This document shows positions 14,523 to 28,337 of a stretch of DNA of 64,000 nt, piece by piece. The notes beneath the pieces were generated by a model. The model saw only the letters and a list, made by a program, of their open reading frames with translations, made no database searches and was not told where the DNA came from. The translations under genes and the position numbers were made by a program. The first letter of the stretch is position 1. Each line of letters opens with the position of its first letter. The stretch comes from Hydrolagus colliei. Its lineage: Eukaryota. The stretch spans positions 11,532,001 to 11,596,000 of the forward strand of contig CM068755.1 of assembly GCA_035084275.1 (NCBI GenBank), in the 5' to 3' direction.

Positions 14523-17500
14523 TATAACCAAAGCAACATTATTCAATGTCTGTCATTCATTTTATGACGAAATGTCAATAGCTCCATTTTACCAGATAAG
14601 ATAATTTGATAGTGCCATCCCCCTGACATGAAAGCACTGTATAGATGTAAATATGTTGTTGGTGCATCAATGATGTTTTACTAGCCCCCCAAATTAAATA
14701 TCTATTGAAACCAAAGATATAGTGACGCAGGGAAGGCAGTCAAAATCAGATGCATTAAAGATGCCAGAATTCAAACCAGCTTTGATATATATATCTATAT
14801 ACATATAGAGGTGATCTTATTACTTTAATAGAGTGTTTATCCATAAATTTGTAGTTGTAGAAATCATAATCACTTCCATAATCGTTTAAAATTAAACCAG
14901 GAATCCAGGTTACCCATTATTAATGTGTCTGACATAAATATCCAATTTTATTGGAAATTCCAGAAATTATTCAGTGGCATTCCCCCGGAAGCCACATGTA
15001 AGTGGCAAAATCTCCTCCCATGTCTGAAACCCACATGCAGATGCATGAGCATGTACAACTCACAGTCAGGTGCAGCACAGCCTCATGTATGTTACCCATT
15101 AGAAACCACATCCTGGGCCTTACATGCACAGTCAACTACTTAAACAGTTACAGACACAGGTACTACGGCACCAGCAGGGGTAGAAAGTAAGCAACTGAGC
15201 CGCACATAGATGGAACACAAACATACCTCGATTTGCATCATTACGGTTCCCTTTCTGCTTCAGTGCAAACAATACTGTATCTACAAAAAGAGCAAGAGCA
15301 TTTGCAAACCCGTGTTTGGATGAGATACTAAGCAGGACTTTGTGACTGCCTGAAAAATTAACATTGCATCGTTGCTCCTTTGTTTTTTTTAAAAAAGGTT
15401 TGATTCCCACCCCCCCACCACCTTCTTCCACCCCCACCCGACATGAGTAGGCAAGCCAAGAACAAAATTCTCCCTTCTGAACGGAATCTGCTCACAAAGC
15501 AAACTGTCATTTCAACTCACACCATTGTTGTGCTTCGGGCTCAAAATTGAATTATTATTGCTGTGTAGTTCAGAACACATTCAACTGCATTTTAGATACC
15601 AGATGTTGCAGTAACTGACGATTTCGCTGGCCCAGAGGCTGATCTCCCAGTCACTTTATAGTGATGGGAAGGCACGCGTCCAAAATTGATGAAAGCATTT
15701 AAAAACAGATGTCAGAGGACATTAAAACCATACATTAACAATCAATTTCACAAACAAGCTGCAAAGAGAGCAAACACAATTTTATTTTAAACAATGCTAT
15801 TTTAATCCAAGATATTTTTCAAGTAAATAGTGGACTCTTAACTGCGAGGTCAATTTTTATTGCTGCTCACACATCAAACTTAAAACAGTGCAATTAGAAT
15901 TTACCTTGCAGTTGAACTGTCCTTGATTCACTTGGACTTAAAATTTCACATCATAAATGAATCACATAGCAGTACAGTACAAATTTAACTGCTTTGTGCA
16001 TTTGGATCACAAACCTATCATTCTATGAGTTATCCGATTTTAAAAAAATCAATGGCATCTGCATACATTATATTTATTGCTCTCTTTAGGTGCACTGTAA
16101 GGCTTGCCATAACCCTTAGGAATTTGCTGTTAAGCAGTGGAGCCGCCAATACAAATATATAAACAGAGTGTTATAAAGTAAGGGATTGAAGCAAAGCTAC
16201 ATTGGCATGAAAGCAGAACTCAAACACATGGCCCAAAGTGTATTCGTTTGCAAGAGGTTTTAAAAAGCTGTGTGCATTAATTAAAATAAAACAATCAACC
16301 TCTTTGATAGCAAGCCTTGTCTCACCAAACCATGTTAAATCACTCGTTTGCGGCAATTACTTTACAAAATCAATTTGCAAAAGCCACTTTGAAATGTGGA
16401 GAGTGAAGTTCCGTTGGTCAGTGAAAGGAGCATCAAGTCTGTGCAGCAACTTTCTTGCTTAGTTATAACGTTGATGTTGCAACAGAAATTCCACAATGCC
16501 TAGTGTGGAAATGCTAATATCAGCATCTTTACCATCATCCAAGTACCCCGCCACAACAATGTGCATTTATACACCATCCCTCACACAGGGTAGCATCCCA
16601 GTGTGCTTGAGAATGGTGGAGCAAGACTCTGAGCTGGCGGATTCCTGAGACAAAATTGCAGGTATATTCATTAATATACTTTTCAGTCCGTTGAATTGCA
16701 TAAACAACAATAATAATAATCTTTGCATTTGATACAATGCCTTTCACATAGGGAGGACGTCTCAAAATGTTTCATATGATATACTGTAAAGTGTACTAAG
16801 TGTGTATCATGTAGGTGAATAAAATTAGTCGGGTGACTTACTGGTCAGCATAAAGACTGCAAATCAATCTGTGAAGTGGAGGCAATGGAGCAAAAACCAA
16901 ATACTAATCTGAAAATGTGGGAACAAACAATAGGTGTTGTGACTTCTGGATCTCTTTGAAATAATATTATTGTAGGAAACATTTTTAAAGGAGATTATTT
17001 TATAGTATTTTCCTCAGTATTTTAGATACTATTTGCACAGGTTAAGCTTATGCAACATTAAAGAATCTTAGAAAAAATAATAATCCTTGCATTTGTCATC
17101 ATGACTTCAAGATACTGTATCTCAAAGCATGTCACATGATACATTGGACTGTAAAGTGAACTGTTTATATATTTTGTGAGAAAAAAGTGCTATCCTCGGC
17201 AAAGATATGGATGGAAAGCAGCAAAAATCAATGTGCGCATCACTCAAAAATTCTAACGGACATTCTAAATTGCCGTGTATTCATTGAAAACATCACTATT
17301 TGGATTAAACATGTACAATTAATAAAAATGGGCCAATGAGATTGATGCTTTCAAGTTTGTGACAGTGGATTAGGTTTGAAGATCTACTGAAAAATGGAAA
17401 AAGTGTGCATTATAAGGTGGGGATGGGCAGATTTGGATTGCTTCTCTATATGGTTTTATTTTTTGCACATTTCCTCCCAGCTAAATTGGTATTGAAGCCA

Positions 17501-18344
17501 CCTCCGTACTTAGCTCAGTGTTATCCAGATGACGATATACTCCGTCACACTGTGACAGACTTTGCATGAAAATACTATGGACAATGGGCCTTCTCAGCTG
17601 TGGAATTCTGATCGATTGCTTCTTTCGGGGTCTTTTAACAGGACCTGAGATCAGAAACATGGAGGGACTACCACACAAATCCTGATATTCCACATCCAAA
17701 CATTAACGATCGGAGAAATATTTTGTCTCCGGTCTTCAAACGGAATGCTGGTTGCATTGTCAACAAATGTATCTTTACACACTAATCTCTTTAAAAACCA
17801 AAATGTAAGTGATTCATAATCCAGTTCTCATCGCTAGAAAATATGGTTACAGAGTATTTCGGTGTCACCCATCATTGCAAAAGGCTTAACTCTGGGCCCC
17901 CAAACAGAAGTGTACTTCTCCTTTAATTTTGTGAGTTTATTTTCCTCCACCATTTGATAGATGACTTGCTGAACAGCTGCTTGTCTGCACATGGATTAAG
18001 TGCAAAGCTAGTCTGTCATCTGTCTGACCTATTTCATCTTTAAACGGTGGCCATATAAGCATTTATGTGTCACACTGCTTTGTTCATTCCTTTCTGGGTC
18101 CGCTGTAACCTTTAAGCGAGTCATTTTCTTTGCTTCCTTCATTTGACTCAGTTTTACTGCCAATATTGCATAGGAATCAAGTGGCCTTAGGCGTCTCATC
18201 CAAATGGCCCATTACTCATGTGTGAGGCTTGACGGACACCGTTGGCAGACAATTCAACTGCACAGGTTGGCAGTAGGGAAGGAGGTATAAAAGAAACAAT
18301 GCAAGCTGAATCCTGCTATCATCCAGATCCACAGCATATACACA

Positions 18345-18540
18345 ATGGTGGATGCTCAGTCCTTGAACATATTCAAGACTGAGATTGATAGATTTCTACA
18401 GGTTAGAGGGATTAAGGGATATGTGGATAGGACGGATAAATGAAATTAGGTTAGAAGATCACCTATGATCTTATTAAATGGAGGGGCAGGCTCGAGGGGC
18501 CGAACGGCCTACTCCTGCTCCTACTTCTTATGTTTTTATG
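18345..18540 (+). mobile_element. CR1-type LINE 3' end
   Basis: atattcaagactgagattgatagatttct...ggattaagggatatg...atggaggggcaggctcgaggggccgaacggcctactcctgctcctacttcttatgtt is a typical chondrichthyan CR1 3' terminus. Flanked by older SINE-like sequence (18170-18340, 18545-18690). Confidence 0.8.
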
Positions 18541-20534
18541 GTGGGAGGCGAATGATCAGGGGAAAGAAGCCAGGTCAATCCAATGACCATTGCCGATCAG
18601 TTGGTCAGCTCAAACACAGTGAATTGTGGCACCAATTTGGGTTTGCGTGGCTGAGCTGTGCACTGGATAACCTCAGTGAACCATTAGTGGAGGCTCGAAC
18701 AATAGGTTGAAAAGATTTATTTTTAAAATGAATTTGCAGGATAATCCAGCATTTCCTGACTCATGGGACTGTCAGACAAATTAATCCCAGTCTTTGCTAC
18801 TGCCAATTGCAACTGGTTTTGAGGATACACAAGAGTATGTTCCCTGTGGTAAAAGGCCAAGCGTTTTTAATACTTGATCTGATATGGTACCTGAGATCTG
18901 GCAACCATGGATGTAAACTTAACTTTTGTCTTAATGTTTGGCAATAAAAAAAAACTGCATTCTGTGGAGCTTCAAACACTTTGATCATTTTGATATAAAT
19001 TAGTTCCAAACAATGCGAGGCAGCAGAAAACAAGGCAAGCAGAATTCAAGGTTACAATGCCAAATCAGTTGACATGTGATTCCGCTAAGTTTTCTTGAAG
19101 CTGTATCATTCTCTGGTTAGGCTACCCTGGAGTACTGCACACAATATTAGTCTCTGTGACTTAAGAGCTGGGTTTGCCTAAGGTTTTGGAGCAGAGAAGA
19201 GTAATTTCCAAGTGCTAGGTGGACCAACTGGGAGAAATCATCAGGGTCTTCAGACGCATTTCTTCATACATACAGTAAAGCCAACAACTGGAACACATTA
19301 ACCAAGCTGATGAAGACCAGGGCAGTGAACTCATTTAACTCATCCGTGCAGTAAATGAGAAGAATAATCCGTCTTCTAAATGGCAAGGTTTGAAGAACAG
19401 TATCGACTGAAAGCTTTACATTCAAGACTACCTGGCAGTGCCTTACGAGATCTCTCGATATGATAGCAGATGAACCAAATATACCCTCCACATGTCAGCA
19501 CCAAATGTGAGTTAGCAGTTTTAGAACAAAGGTGAATTTTGATGCCACAAAGGAAAAAGACGGTGGTTGACTTAAGAGTTAGCACAGAAACTATCAATAC
19601 TATTACCAGGAAGCAAGGAAAAAGCAGTGTTGAATAAATGAGGTGAAGCAGTCATCCATAGCTGAGCATCTATAATTATAGTGGATCTACAGCCAAACCC
19701 TGGATTTGGCATTTCATTTTACACAGTTTTAAATGACTACAAGCAAGGGGAGAAAATGCATTTTTATAGTCTTATGTCAAAATATCTTGAACACTTCGCA
19801 GGTAATTGCTGTTAAGAGTAATGACTGCTAACAGAAGCAAACAAGCACTACATTTGCACCAGAAGGGTCCCCCAAGCAACCAAGTGAAAGTTGAATTAAT
19901 CCGAGGACTGTTGGCAGCCAGAAGAACTTTGCTCACCTTTTCGAGTAAGGTCATGGGATCTCTAACATTTGCTTGAACAACAAGCAGTAGGGGCCTCCAG
20001 AAACTGGACGGGAAAATTTGAACGTAATTCTATTGAAATAGGAAATTACACCAATCCTTTATGTATAATATTGTGATTAGGAGCAGGCATGATATGTGCT
20101 TTGCAAACCATTAATATTACTGAGGCCAGCAATATGTACCAACTATAACAATTTGGGCAACATGTTTCTATCATCACTACGAGAATTGGCAATTGCATCC
20201 GCTGCAGTAAACATTCCAACATGCCATAGCTACAGCTTTATTTGGTGATACAAATGAAATTTAGTGGACTATAAACATTACAATTCTGATTTGAAAAGTT
20301 TCTTTTGGCACAGTATAAATACTGTTACTGCAACTGCGGGAAACCCAAAATGCTTACAAGAATGTCTATACATTATCCTGCACTCTAATTGTTGGAATAC
20401 ATTTATTTATATATTTAAAAATCTATCTCTTCATATATTCTGGTTGCAGCCCCATCACTAAATCATCACCATGCAGGATCATATCTACCGGGTATTTAGA
20501 TCTCCAGTGTGTATAAGGGATCTTGTAAGCCGTA

Positions 20535-20915
20535 CAGGCAGTGCGGAAATAGCACTCTCACCTACGAGTCAGAAGGCTTTGTGTCCTAATTACAATCAAT
20601 GCAGGTTGAAGGAGGGCTCCACTCTCAGCTGAGCTGTCCTTTGGATAAGACTTCAAACTGGGGTGTGGGCTGTCTCTGAAGGCAATGCTAAAGAACCCAC
20701 TGAACTACTTGTAAAGAGAAGGAAGTTATTCCAATATCTTGGTCAACAATTCTCCTGTTGAATTTGTCTTTCACTTTTATGGCTACTGTATTTGTAAGAT
20801 ATTGCTGTCTGCTGATTGCGGTTGTGACACCCACCAGTAAAAGGTACAGTTGCTACACTTGACAGCAATTACCTATCAAGTGCTTTGAGCCGTTTGATGT
20901 TATGGGCACATTTTC
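20535..20915 (+). mobile_element. Highly diverged Deu-domain SINE
   Basis: tRNA-like head tagcactctcacctacgagtcagaagg and Deu core gctgtcctttggataagacttcaaactgggg...aaagaacccactgaactacttgtaaagagaaggaagttattccaatatcttggtcaaca. Other Deu remnants at about 19880-20000 and 28520-28700 (-). Confidence 0.6.
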
Positions 20916-22789
20916 AAATACGAGTACTTAAGGAGTGTGAGGCTGAAATATTACAGCACTAATGTACATATTAAATACATTCTATGTATTGAAGGAATAC
21001 CTGCAGCAGTAATCGTCTGAAAATGAGGTCAGATTTTGATTATGGAGCCAAGCAGCAATTAAATAACACATCTCAGTTAATTTCCCAATGAAGAGAAACA
21101 TAGTAATCTACCATAAGCCTTACATTTGAATTAGTGCCTTATCACATCTCAAAGTGCTTAACTGGATACAGGGTAAAGTGTAGTAACTGTATCTTGCAGG
21201 TCAAAGTGCCATCTAATTTGCATATAACCATATCCCACAACTAGCGGGCACATAAAGATGTTTATATCCAATAACAGTGGAGTAAATCAGTCAATCTATG
21301 TACAGCATATGAATTGCAGTGCCCCACCCATTGGCTTTAATAGAACTGTCTTCAGCAAGTCTGATCAAACAATTGCATTTTACCTTTTATGTACAAAGCA
21401 TGCTTTGTTAATATAACTCAACACATATTCATGTATTACCTGAAAGGGCCTCAAGTCACTACTTTGGCTTTCTGGGTTTTAAATCTATTTTGCCTGGTAA
21501 TCAATGATATAATACTTTAATTGATAGCAGTTTCTGACATAGGTAAAAGTACCAGGAAAACATTGTTGCTAATGGAAAAAAAAGATACTCGGTTGAACTA
21601 CAGTGCTAGAATATTCACTTCCAAATATCCACACCGAGTTAAAACATCAGTATCAATTTTACGTTCTGACTTTCTCTGGAGGCAAACGAAATAGATCATT
21701 TGTGCAGATTAAACTGGACATAGAGAATCCTTTCCCATATAATATAAACACGGCTACTGGTCCATTAACCAAGAACAGCAGGAGTCTGTGTTAACATCAG
21801 GGGCAAGACCATCTGTCCCTTCTTCCTCACTATGTACCACAGCAAAGATAGAGTGATCAGGAATCAAAGAAGAGATTAAAGTCCTTGCTTCAGTTATAAC
21901 AAGATCATAACAAAACACCTATGTTAAATCACAAATAATACCAATCCCCATGTAAATGTCAGTCCCACTCATTGGAAAGTACTGCAAAACAGACTGGGAT
22001 AGGAATTGTAATGGAAAATCAGCCAGATAATTGATGTAGAATACCAAAAGTTGTACGTTTTTCCAGATGACTTTATGCGCAGGATCAGAAACTAATATTA
22101 TCATTCCACTTTAATTAGCTATGCTGTCTCACTAAATTAGTCTCACGTACATCAAGCACAGCACCACATGCCAGAGATGTTGCGCAATCAATTCTGAAGA
22201 GCTTCCATTGTGCAGATTCAAATCCCCAAATAACTAAGGTAAACAAATCCAAACACACCCTTAAACCGAGATTCAGACAAGGAATGAATGCTACTATCAG
22301 ATTACTGAACTACAGGGAGAGTACAGTTTTGCCCCAAGTTTCAAAATCATATTTGAGGTTCAAGTGAAACAATTGATAATGAAAAAGGAGTTAAAAACCT
22401 TGTACACAAGAACTGACATGTATAAAGGATGCTGCTGATCTTTGCTCTATAATATGAACATGCCTTTCAAAATATATTATGCAGAGTACCTTGGCCCTGT
22501 CAGTGCTTAATTTAATGATGATAGAAATAGACAGTCTTTTGCTTTGAAGGGAGCGAGGTTGTCAAAGCACTGTTCACTTTGCTTTGTGCAGCTGCCAAAA
22601 CTTTTTGTGGTCGATTAGAGAAAAGACTTTCTGCATCATTAATCCACGTATTCCTCCTGTAGTCCATTTGTCCAAACTCAATGGCATTTACCAACAACCA
22701 GCTTGTGGTAGCGCTTGAAACCTTTTTAATAGTTTAGAGAATTGAGTTCAATTAAAGCCCCACAAACCTTGTACTGTATTAGCTTTGGA

Positions 22790-22940
22790 GGGTGTGTCAA
22801 TTCATCGAAGTCGTACCTGGAAGGAAAGGGTTTATCAATGACAGGTTGGGTACCTTTGGGCTTGTGCTACTTGGAGTTGAGCTGGTTAAAGAGTGATCTG
22901 CTTTTGGTGTTCAAAATAATGAAAGCAATTGATCTACTGG
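22790..22940 (+). mobile_element. Decayed CR1 RT-region fragment
   Basis: Encodes LGLCYLELSWLKSDLLLVFKIMKAID, resembling the CR1 motif LGLFSLExRRLRGDLIEVFKIMKGxD. Confidence 0.55.
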
Positions 22941-25290
22941 AAATGGGAATGACATGTGTCTTTGACAGCTGGATCCAACTCCTGGCAACATAGATGATGA
23001 AATGATCATGAGTATTTATTGAATCAATGAAGCAAAAGAAGCGACTACAGTACAGTATTTACAAAACAAAAACATGTACACAATGAAAAGAACACCATTT
23101 GTGAAAGACACCATTTTTCTTGCCCTCCTCAGGGTTGAATATGAAACGATGGCATTGCTTGATCTAACCTCAGCTACCTCAGTAGCATTTTTCCCCACCA
23201 CAAACATTACACAAACATCATATTTTAACATGAATCTTCAAATATTGTGGCATCATCTTTAAGAGGACTTGATTGTCTATAAATATTCAATAAAGCCGTT
23301 ACAGCAGCATGCCAAGTTAGAAGAATGTCTCGCTTGACACCAATTTGGTGGTGCTGCTTTTCGAGAACAAACAACACCAGCACAGTATCACAATGCGGTG
23401 GTCCACATGTTCGATCCTGGGAGACTGTGGAGTCTTTCCAATCTCAGCAGCAAGGCACCAAGCATATGCCAGTTATTTCTACACAGAGTTGCAGTCAACT
23501 AAGCAACAGACTGCACTGCTCTCACACCCCTCCTGCTGGACACTGAGACCTGAAACTGTGTTTGATGAGGGTGCCAGAAGCTCAAGTGAAATCTTGGGTT
23601 ATTTTGTACTTTTCTCCAAAGTACAAAAGTTAAGTTTGAGGTGCCAGTGATCCCTTCAATTTAATAGGGCCGACTTAGGCCAAGCCGAACATTTTGCAAC
23701 CCTTGGTCATGAAACTGAACTGCGGTTTGAGCTTCACAACTTCATTTTTACGCCAAAAGAAATGTGAAATTCATTTAAAATGTAGCTTCCGCACCAAGGG
23801 ATCCACAAATACTCCTTGCTAGTCAGGAAACTTGTAGCTCTAGTATTTGCGATTTACCTATAAATGACTACACTTGAAAACAATTACCCATTAAGGGTTT
23901 GGTATGGTTGGATGTGACTCGCTCGATATCAAATGCAATAATTATTATTTCAGTCCATGTTGTTGCTAAACACTACCCAAGTGTTTTTTTTAAAAAAACT
24001 AACAAGTCATAAAACTGATTTGTCAAGTCTTGCCACATCAGTCAAATGGCTTGAGTATAATTTAAACATTATACTTTCAGTTTACTTGTGAAGCAGTGCA
24101 TTTGGCATTATGAGGCTCCTTGAAAATCTCTTTCACTCCTGTCTACATATACGCATGGAATCATTTACTGCTACATTGGACAAGAGCTCAGTTCCTTCCA
24201 ACCAGATCTTTGACTGTAGGTTCAACATTGCTCTTTCGATTTCCATTCAGCCGAATTGCAGAATTGCTGTACATCTGATAAATGCAGCAAAACTCACATT
24301 AACTTTGTTCAAACAAAGACATTTAAAAAAATTTTTTTTTTATAAACATCCTTGTGAAACATTTTAACCTTGGCGCATATTTTTCCCAAAGATAACAAAC
24401 ATGCTAAATGCATTACTGTCAAGCTACTTAGAAAGAGAATTGCGTTCGGCGCAGTGTACAATCAAGACCAACGAGAGATGAAAACTTTGAATCCTTAGAT
24501 TTCTGACTTACAAATAGGAATCGATGGAAAATATCCCAAGAATCTGCATCAATGGGGCACAAAGATTTATGGGTGAAGTTTCAATCTGACAATCCTGAAA
24601 GCTCAGTCAGGAAATGTAAAATCACCCATGGACTTGACATCATGTCCAGAGGGTTTGTACAGTAAATACCTCAACTCTTTCACCACTTGTCAGTTTCTAT
24701 TTTTTAACAGAAACTTATCAATCTCACTACTGTAGAACCACACAATGGCGTATTGTCTGCTTTGCTACGTGAGCAGAACAAACTGCATGCAACATCCAAG
24801 ATTTGAATTCATGCCACTTTCCATAAAATGTTAGTTGTCTGCTTTGGTTTGCATTTTCTGACGAAGCGTTTGTGGGTGCCAATACGTATTCACACAACCA
24901 TGAAATCACTTTTTACATTAATGTGCCATCACTATTTGAACTATGGTTCAGAATTCCAATGTTTTTTTTACTGCTTCATTGATTTTGAAATGGAGCTGCA
25001 TGAATTTCTATGTAATATAAATCACGTTTCCTTCCGACAATATTTATTGCACTTACTGAATGAATTTCATTTGGTCTTCTCAGTGGATTGATTTTCATCA
25101 TGTTGTCAATAAATAGAAGATAGATGAGCAGCTTGGTGAAATAGTGCTTATTTTTGTTCAAAAATAATTTTAAAAAACAGAATGCACAAACAGAATACAC
25201 AGAGGGAAGCAGTCAGTGATATGGATAATTTATTCCACTTATGACAATGATTCATGAATTTATAAAATAACTATAAATTCCCAAAGTGTA

Positions 25291-25710
25291 TTAGTTAGAG
25301 CTCTTGTCTTGCAAGAGAAAGGACCCAGGTTCAATTCCTAGGCGGAGTGAACATTTAGGCAAGTTTCCTTACTCCACCATTGGTTCAACATCGCTCTTTG
25401 CTTATTCATTCATCGCAACTGCAGAATTGCTGTACATTTGATAAATGCTGCAAGACTAGCATTACCTGGGACTCTGCTTATCTTGTATTAAGTAGGAACT
25501 CATTTGTTAGTTGATTGGTACTAACCCTTCAAACAATAATAATAATTTGGTCACTCAATCCACCGCTGTACACAAGTGGCTGCCGAGTTTTACCCACAAA
25601 ATCTACAGCCAATCTAGTTTATAATATATTCTGAAGTGCTTTGAAACATTTCAATGACACAACACAATAAAGCACTATATCAAATACAGGGATGATTATT
25701 ATTATAATAA
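25291..25710 (+). mobile_element. tRNA-derived SINE copy with a ~140-bp internal insertion
   Basis: Head and B box (ggttcaattcc) plus ggcaagtttccttactccac, then non-SINE sequence, then the SINE body and tail resume at about 25522. Confidence 0.8.
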
Positions 25711-28123
25711 AATTCCAACTGCTTCTCCCCTATTTATATTAAAAATGAATCAATAAGAATATCCAAACTAAAAAAAATGAAAAGTGAACATTTGAGTAGC
25801 CTTAAAATGGTTCTCAGTTTTAAAATGTATTTCTAAAAGAAAAATCATATACTGCATAAATGCAAATCTAAGGCTATAAATCTGAGTGAAAGTTTTCCTC
25901 CTAGAATTAAAGAGGCAAATTTACTTTCACAGATCTTTTACAGACACCGAAATAACAACAAATTCAAGTTTGGGAAATGTGTTCAATGCAATTCCAAGGA
26001 TTCTGAACCAAACTACTACAAATTCCCTAGTTTGGGACTTGTATTAATATCTTGCAGTGGAAAGGAAGGAATCATAAATGTGGCTCATACATCCTGTAGC
26101 AGAAAGGCAGTTGCAAAGTAATTGTCATATATGTTAGTTTAACCTTTGAACGTTCTCAGTTCTGATGCCCACTTCCCTTAAACCGATGCGGTGTCAACCA
26201 AGTAACAAGTAACAGAATATCAACCCCAGCCCCAATGTGCAGAACGATTAGGTAAACAATGCTTTTCTCTTACAAAAGTGATAAAAATAAAGCAAAATAT
26301 TACAAAAATGTTGTGGAAAAATCCTTAAACCTATTCTCTCCTCACACCTCCCCCAGTTTAAGATATGCAATTTTCTTTTTTTTTTAAATAGTCAATTTAT
26401 AAAATGTCTTATTAATGTGTCCAAGTTAGCATAATCATGTTTGCACACCATGCTCCAACACAAGTATGATTTGAAAGGCACTATATAAATGTGTATTATA
26501 TTGAATTGATCTTACATTGGCTTCCTAGAAGGTGAGGAACTGTTTTAAACAGTACAGCAATCCAATGGCAAAATAGCAAGCATGTTAAGTCCAGTTGCAT
26601 TCACGAGCTGTATAAAACGTTATATTATAACATTTACTGGGCATTCTCCTTTCAGGTCCCTGGTGTGCATACTAAAATAATTTTCACAATGTACACCAAA
26701 CTGTGCAGCGTTTAACTGACGAAGGTCAAACTACCTCAGTGAGTTTTACTCCATGATAAACAAGCACTACACTGTTCCAAAGACCATAATCATAACCAGC
26801 AGTACACATTTAGGATGACGAAAGACAAATACAGATTTTTAAGTACAAGGGATTCTGATTTTTGTTTTGCAAACAACATATGAGAGATCGCATTTTGGAT
26901 AATTTAACAGTTCCTAGTCATTGTACATGTACTTGGTATACCATTTGCTTGGCATTTGATCACTGCCAGGCTTGCATAGCATGGCCCAGGATCAGGTAAA
27001 AATATCCATTTTTGGCTGAATGGTAGTTACATCATAGCTTGGCCAAATGTGTAGGCCAAAATCAGCCTAGTAAAATAGTATGTGCACTTTCTCAACTTAA
27101 TTTCTATTGTCTGAAACCCAGAATTAATATCTCTCAACTTTAAACTGTAAAGCTTACGGAATTTCTCCTATCTATTCCGTATTGCCAAACGGTGAAATAT
27201 CCTTGAAACAGCTGAGCTATATCTAGATAAGCGTCGCTTTTCAAAAATCTTGCTTCTAATCCTATACAGGATACACCACAGTGAGCCACTCTTGGAGCAG
27301 CTGGTTTTGAGGCTAAAGGTGCCAGAGTTGACCTTGTTGCTCTTCATAGCACATTCATTTTTTATACTGGGCGATCAACTTCACGCTCCTTGATCAGACA
27401 TGGGTCCAATGCTCCAGGTACACTCTAACTGGAGGAATGAGCCAGTTTGGGTACGATGACTGGGTCTCTGAACTCAAACCGCCCCAACAGTATAACCAAG
27501 CATATCTCGTATAATGATGGCCTCATACTGTTTGTAGATGACAAGTGACAAATCAACTAAACATCCCTGATCACTTTCACATCCCATGTGAGGTACTGTG
27601 CTACTTTTGTATTCATTGATCTTTATTTGCCTGTGATCCATCAAGGTGCCATGACCCAAAATATATGGTAGCTCTCCGCAATCAATAAGTGTGTTCAATA
27701 TTACTAATTTTGTTTTGCTTTTTGCTGACTTCAATTACTCCCCCACCAATAAGTGATCAGTTCCTTTATTTACTCTTGAGATTTTTTTTTAAATTACGCT
27801 TTATTTATCGATATGCTCACCAAATGGTCATTTTGCTCATCAATTCTAGTCAAAAACATTTATTATTTGGACTTTTCCTAGCCAGTCTTCATTGTTTATT
27901 TTGGCATGATTTGTTTTTTAAGCTCACTCAAATACCACTACTGCCAGTATGTTCTGCATCATAAATCCCACAGCATGCAGTTAATTTTATTTATTCACAT
28001 GGGTTTTACATTTCAGATGTGATTGACTTGAAGGAATGCACTAAAAGTATTGGAGCATAATGTTGAAATATTTTGTGCAACCATAAGGTATCTCTACAAC
28101 CTACGATGAATCATAATATTCCA

Positions 28124-28337
28124 TACTCCATACGCCTGATAATAATTACTCCAAAAAAAATTGGTCATTTCAATTAATGATTGTTTTGTGGGACACTGCT
28201 GTGCGCAATTGCTGCCGCGTTTCACCCACATATATACAGTCAATTTATTTTACAGTATATTCTGTGAAGCGCTTTGAGAAATCTAGATCTAGAAGACGTG
28301 AAAAGCGCTATATCAAATGCAAGGATTATTATTATTA
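28124..28337 (+). mobile_element. 5'-truncated SINE copy
   Basis: actccatacgcctgataataat...gtgggacactgctgtgcgcaatt...aaaagcgctatatcaaatgcaaggattattattatt. Confidence 0.85.

Noticed and set aside
16535-16640. Minus-strand ...HWDATLCEGWCINAHCCGG as the possible TSR1 exon of ADAMTSL3
   Set aside because: It lacks the WxxWxxWSxCSRTCGGG pattern and suitable splice sites, and the ORF begins in a SINE tail. No real next exon was found in 1-32194 by eye.
17481-17760. Strong plus-strand acceptor (ttttgcacatttcctcccag) followed by exon-like sequence
   Set aside because: Stop codons occur in all three frames within 90 nt and there is no recognisable protein similarity on either strand.
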